Below are positions 60,577 through 64,000 of a stretch of 64,000 nucleotides of DNA, in pieces (within the stretch, counting starts at the first letter, position 1; each line of letters begins with the position of its first letter). Location of the stretch: assembly GCA_963675755.2 (NCBI GenBank), contig CAXXMD010000002.1, forward strand, positions 1,824,001 through 1,888,000, given 5' to 3'. The DNA comes from a bacterium (lineage in GTDB: Bacteria > Zhuqueibacterota > Zhuqueibacteria > Residuimicrobiales > Krinioviventaceae). The notes beneath the pieces were generated by a model. It was not told where the DNA came from. It worked only from the letters and a program-made list of their open reading frames with translations, and searched no databases. Made by a program: the position numbers and the translations under genes.

Positions 60577-60660
60577 GTTAATAAAAGTTTATATTAGTTT
60601 CTAAATTAACTTAAACAAAGTTAAACTTTTATTAACAAAAGTCAAGTTAAATTTTTATTA
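60577..60660. promoter_or_regulatory. Divergent control region with operator-like repeats
   Basis: 15-bp perfect inverted repeat 60577-60591/60622-60636; direct repeat aagttaaa(c/t)ttttatta at 60618 and 60644; minus-strand TTGACT-N16-TAACTT (60645-60618). Confidence 0.6.
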
Positions 60661-60711
60661 GTTTATGTTTTTTTTGCTTTGTTTTAGGATGGAAATACTG
60701 TATATTTAGAT

Positions 60712-61398
60712 ATGAAAAACATTGCAAAGGAAATACAGGCTATTCTGGATCAGGATCTGATCAGCGTTGAAGAACTGGCAGAGCGCACGGGCCTGACTGT
60801 ACCGGGATTAAAAAAAATTCTGAATGGCCAAACCTCCAGCGTACAGCGTTCCACCATTCGCAAGATTGCTGACGGGACCGGACGCGTGGCCAGAATAGAA
60901 GGTGACACGGTTACCTTTACCCCGGACCTGCCCTCTACGGACAATGTCCCTCCTTTGGAAAGTAATGATAACGCCCTGCCCATTGTTCAGCACGAACGGG
61001 AAGTACCGCATTTCAACGTAGAAGCCGGCGCCGGCATTGGCCAGGCGGTTGCGTCTGAACATATTTCCAGCTATACCAAAATCTTTCCCGGCGTGCACCC
61101 ATCTGTCCAGTTTACGGTTCGCGCCAAAGGCGACAGTATGCAGCTTGCCGGCATAAATGATGGCGATCTGCTATTTGTCACACCCGTAACCGACGCGCGT
61201 ACGGTAAAAAACGGCGCCATTGTGATTGTGGCGGATGAAGATGGCGATCTGCTGGTCAAAATTTTTCAGCGCGAAGGCGATACCATTATGCTGTTTTCCG
61301 CGTCACCGCAATACCGTCCCATTATCAAATCCGCCGACCAGGTACGAATCATTGGCCGCGTCATCCACAGCAGTCATTTAAATACATTCGAGTTGTAA
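60712..61398 (+). CDS. CI/LexA-like repressor (XRE HTH + S24 autopeptidase)
   Basis: HTH SVEELAERTGLTVPGLKKILNG; cleavage-site VEAG; catalytic GDSM and LVK. Confidence 0.9.
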   Translation: MKNIAKEIQAILDQDLISVEELAERTGLTVPGLKKILNGQTSSVQRSTIRKIADGTGRVARIEGDTVTFTPDLPSTDNVPPLESNDNALPIVQHEREVPHFNVEAGAGIGQAVASEHISSYTKIFPGVHPSVQFTVRAKGDSMQLAGINDGDLLFVTPVTDARTVKNGAIVIVADEDGDLLVKIFQREGDTIMLFSASPQYRPIIKSADQVRIIGRVIHSSHLNTFEL

Positions 61399-61414
61399 TC
61401 ACTCTCCATAAAAA

Positions 61415-61826
61415 TTAACCACAGATTAATGCAGATAAAAAGTTCGATGTTTATAAAAAGTGTTATATAAAATTTGCCCACGAAACACTCGAAATAACAT
61501 GAAAACCATACCAAAAATAAATATGCTCTCCCCTATCTATGTAGTTCTGTGTGAATCCGTGGTTCAATAATTTTTGATTTAGCCACGGATCTACACGGAT
61601 TCTCACGGATGAAAAAATAATACTAACCAGATTTTATTGCGTATTTACAGTAAACGGTTCATCTTCTAAACCAAAGATGAACACAGATGCTACAACCGTA
61701 GGAAATCATTTTTGCGCTTTTTTCGCGTGCTTTGCGTTTTGTATTTTTTTCGTGATTTTATTATCTATCTATGTAGTTCTGTGTGAATCCATGGCTTAAT
61801 AATTTTTTTGATTTAGCCACGGATCT
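61415..61826. repeat. Intergenic cluster of 9-10-bp periodic repeats with a ~60-bp direct duplication
   Basis: ccacggatc-tacacggat-tctcacggat; 61533-61592 duplicated at 61765-61826; ttaaccacagat..gcagat at 61415. Confidence 0.75.
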
Positions 61827-61937
61827 GAAACACTGGCAAATCAAAGAACTCTTGCTACATATTATCTGTTTTTATTTTTTTATCACAAATATATTTTATA
61901 TATTGCGACAGAATTAAGTAACTATCAGGGGGCAGCC

Positions 61938-62363
61938 ATGACATGCACAAACCATCCGGACCAATCAGCAGAATACACTTGCGCGTATTGCAAGACCCAG
62001 ATCTGTGCAAACTGTTACGATGCATTCCGATTTATCAAACACCGCAAATCCATACCGTTTTGCTCAGATGCATGTAAATCCCAATATCGGGAAAGACTGA
62101 TCGCAATAAAATGCAAAAACCGTAAAAGATCCTATCAATTCATTTTGTTGGGTGCTGGACTGATCGCCATGTCGCTATTGCTATTTATCATACGGATCTA
62201 CATCGAGTTTGAGCTGGGCATTACATTCGAATCCGGTTGGAGTCGACTGGCTGACCGGCTGTTTCGGGCATTGCTTGTACCGGCAGTATTTTTCACCGGT
62301 GTAGGCTATCTGTTCAATTTTATACGCGCGTTTTTCAGCGGAGAAAATCCGGATTTACTCTAG
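61938..62363 (+). CDS. B-box-type zinc finger membrane protein
   Basis: CTNHP..CAYC..ICANC..FCSDAC followed by two TM helices. Confidence 0.7.
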   Translation: MTCTNHPDQSAEYTCAYCKTQICANCYDAFRFIKHRKSIPFCSDACKSQYRERLIAIKCKNRKRSYQFILLGAGLIAMSLLLFIIRIYIEFELGITFESGWSRLADRLFRALLVPAVFFTGVGYLFNFIRAFFSGENPDLL

Positions 62364-62405
62364 CCACTCCCTTCTTTTATCCAATAAAAAAACACAGAAT
62401 TCATG

Positions 62406-62434
62406 TTGACAAATGCTAAAAATTTCTTTATAAT
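62406..62434 (+). promoter_or_regulatory. Consensus sigma70 promoter
   Basis: TTGACA-N17-TATAAT exact match. Confidence 0.7.
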
Positions 62435-62519
62435 TAAATTATTGATGTTATTGGGTATGGGTAAAAAATATTTATAACAAGGGATCTCTCTGACAAATCA
62501 GGTCCCATGGGGAAAGTTC

Positions 62520-62762
62520 ATGGACGAACATAATTTTGAGAAAAAACAAAATCAGGAACTGGTGCGCAATATACCGGATCATGAATCTGGTATTCTTTTG
62601 CCTCACGATCTTGTAGAAGACATTCTGGAACTACTGACCAATCCGAAAAAATTCCACTACAACACTAACGAGATCGTCTGCGATTGGGATGACGTAACAC
62701 GTGTTAGCGCAAACCTGCTGGCAATTTTAAGGGAGCAGGCACATTCAAAGAATAAGGTATAG
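62520..62762 (+). CDS. Hypothetical protein
   Basis: 80 aa ORF with GGGGA RBS downstream of a consensus promoter. Confidence 0.6.
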   Translation: MDEHNFEKKQNQELVRNIPDHESGILLPHDLVEDILELLTNPKKFHYNTNEIVCDWDDVTRVSANLLAILREQAHSKNKV

Positions 62763-62865
62763 CATTTACACCACTCACATTAAATAGAAACTTTATTTAT
62801 ACTCACAAGTTCAATCCTGTACAATACTCCAAATAAAAAAATATTCAAATTTAAGAGGCTCGCAC

Positions 62866-63681
62866 ATGTCAAATCTTGACAAGCTAAACAAAATACTTTT
62901 TACAATAATGTCAATATTGATTATTGTAACAGCTATACTCGTGATAGCTATGATTATACCAGAGATAACAAACAATCATTCTATAGATACGCCTCCCATG
63001 TTATCTAATGAGCGTATGCAGGAACTAAAAGAACAAAATCTGTATCAGGAAAAAATTGATTTTGATTATATCTCCTCACTCGATACAACCGGTCAATTTT
63101 ATCTGCTTCCTGTGAAACAGGTACTGCTAGACAAACCATCCATGCTCCCGGATTATGACGAGTTGATAGACCAGGAAATTATTCTGGACGAGGGAATTAC
63201 TAAGGGCATAATTTCTTATGGTTATCAGAACACGCATAACAATCTTGTAATATTGGACATAAAAAAAAATACACAGGATATAATTTTCAAAACCCGAATT
63301 TGCATTGTAGAATATAGATCCTTTTCCTGGAAAAACAGTCCATATCTCCTGATCAGTGCGTGCACCCATGACGATAACAAAGACGGACAAATGGACAATA
63401 AAGATTTAAAATATCTGTATTTATATGATGTTAAAAACAAAGAATTGACAACTATTATTGACTCCCCCTTTCTTGGATCAGAGTTTCGTTATAGCGGAAT
63501 AAAGGATGACAATATATTCATTACGATATCAAACGATATAGATGGAAATTACAAATATGATGCTTCAACAGACCAAAAACAAATCTATAAATTTAACATT
63601 CAAACCCGCAAACTAGAATCTATTGTGGGTACCAAGCTGCTAAATGATTTACAAAGCATTTTAAATGGTTCTACGCTGTAA
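62866..63681 (+). CDS. Membrane-anchored hypothetical protein with EF-hand-like Ca loops
   Basis: N-terminal TM; DDNKDGQMDNKD and DIDGNYKYDASTD motifs; GAGG RBS. Confidence 0.7.
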   Translation: MSNLDKLNKILFTIMSILIIVTAILVIAMIIPEITNNHSIDTPPMLSNERMQELKEQNLYQEKIDFDYISSLDTTGQFYLLPVKQVLLDKPSMLPDYDELIDQEIILDEGITKGIISYGYQNTHNNLVILDIKKNTQDIIFKTRICIVEYRSFSWKNSPYLLISACTHDDNKDGQMDNKDLKYLYLYDVKNKELTTIIDSPFLGSEFRYSGIKDDNIFITISNDIDGNYKYDASTDQKQIYKFNIQTRKLESIVGTKLLNDLQSILNGSTL

Positions 63682-63701
63682 AAAAAAGAAAAGTGCAGTA
63701 G

Positions 63702-63737
63702 AAAAAATTTCCGGGGCGCAATGCCCCGGATAAAAAA
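63702..63737. terminator. Terminator between convergent genes
   Basis: tccggggc-gcaat-gccccgga with flanking A runs. Confidence 0.65.
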
Positions 63738-63743
63738 TCAAAC

Positions 63744-64000
63744 CTAGTTTAATCCTTCTACCAGAACCGTACCATCACCCTGTTTAAACAATGTAAAGCT
63801 ATCCATTACTTTTCCATCCAGACTCTTGGATACATATGTCAACTTTTTCGGACACAGGCTGATTACCTGGTACAACTGGGTTTCGCCAATATCCGTACGC
63901 ATCAGGTGAGCAAAAGTCTTGTTGTCTTTGTACATTTTGGGGCCGCTGACAGATACCGCGTAAATAGGCGCAGATACATCGGAACCAACAGTTTTATCCT
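63744..64000 (-). CDS. C-terminus of a probable purple-acid-phosphatase-like metallophosphoesterase (5' partial)
   Basis: Frame open to the window end; AVSVSGPKMY..ETQLYQVI..DSFTL resembles the C-terminus of that family. Confidence 0.55.
   Translation of the reverse strand, partial: DKTVGSDVSAPIYAVSVSGPKMYKDNKTFAHLMRTDIGETQLYQVISLCPKKLTYVSKSLDGKVMDSFTLFKQGDGTVLVEGLN

Noticed and set aside
56428-61398. Complete prophage
   Set aside because: No integrase, replication, portal, capsid or tail genes, and host-like genes lie on both sides.
56863-61439. attL/attR direct repeats
   Set aside because: The match is imperfect, excludes the lysozyme gene and belongs to a repeat family also seen near 30840 and 35760.
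1-64000. Numerous antisense or overlapping ORFs in the track; tRNA and rRNA genes
   Set aside because: The ORFs shadow well-supported genes and show no motifs; no tRNA or rRNA signatures were seen by eye.

Overview
Bacterial chromosomal window of roughly 40% GC (estimated by eye). It most likely comes from a diderm FCB-associated lineage (KSB1/Calditrichota-like), inferred from seven secreted proteins ending in a YPNPFNP FlgD-Ig/T9SS-type C-terminal sorting domain (CTD) and two GWxTD-like proteins. Housekeeping and transport genes include a histidine kinase, trpF, rhaT plus a sugar isomerase, a CDF, MscS, CorA, a GH2, a U32/RlhA protein and an MFS transporter. Main candidates for a second look: (1) two independent gene pairs in which a large secreted protein lacking a CTD ends in a shared Ig+dockerin-like module and is followed by a small cohesin-like CTD protein, plus two LamG-cohesin-like-CTD genes, together suggesting a cohesin/dockerin surface-display system; (2) an anthrax protective-antigen-like pore-former with a CTD and no adjacent A component; (3) a compact 5 kb phage-derived module (CI, YqaJ, TerS, TerL, endolysin) with no structural or integration genes; (4) several REP-like palindrome families, including one flanking a small GIY-YIG nuclease and a MITE inserted in the centre of another; (5) a multi-stem leader upstream of a methyltransferase; (6) two adjacent genes split by homopolymer frameshifts. 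No tRNA, rRNA or CRISPR array was seen. All family calls come from motif recognition, not database searches.
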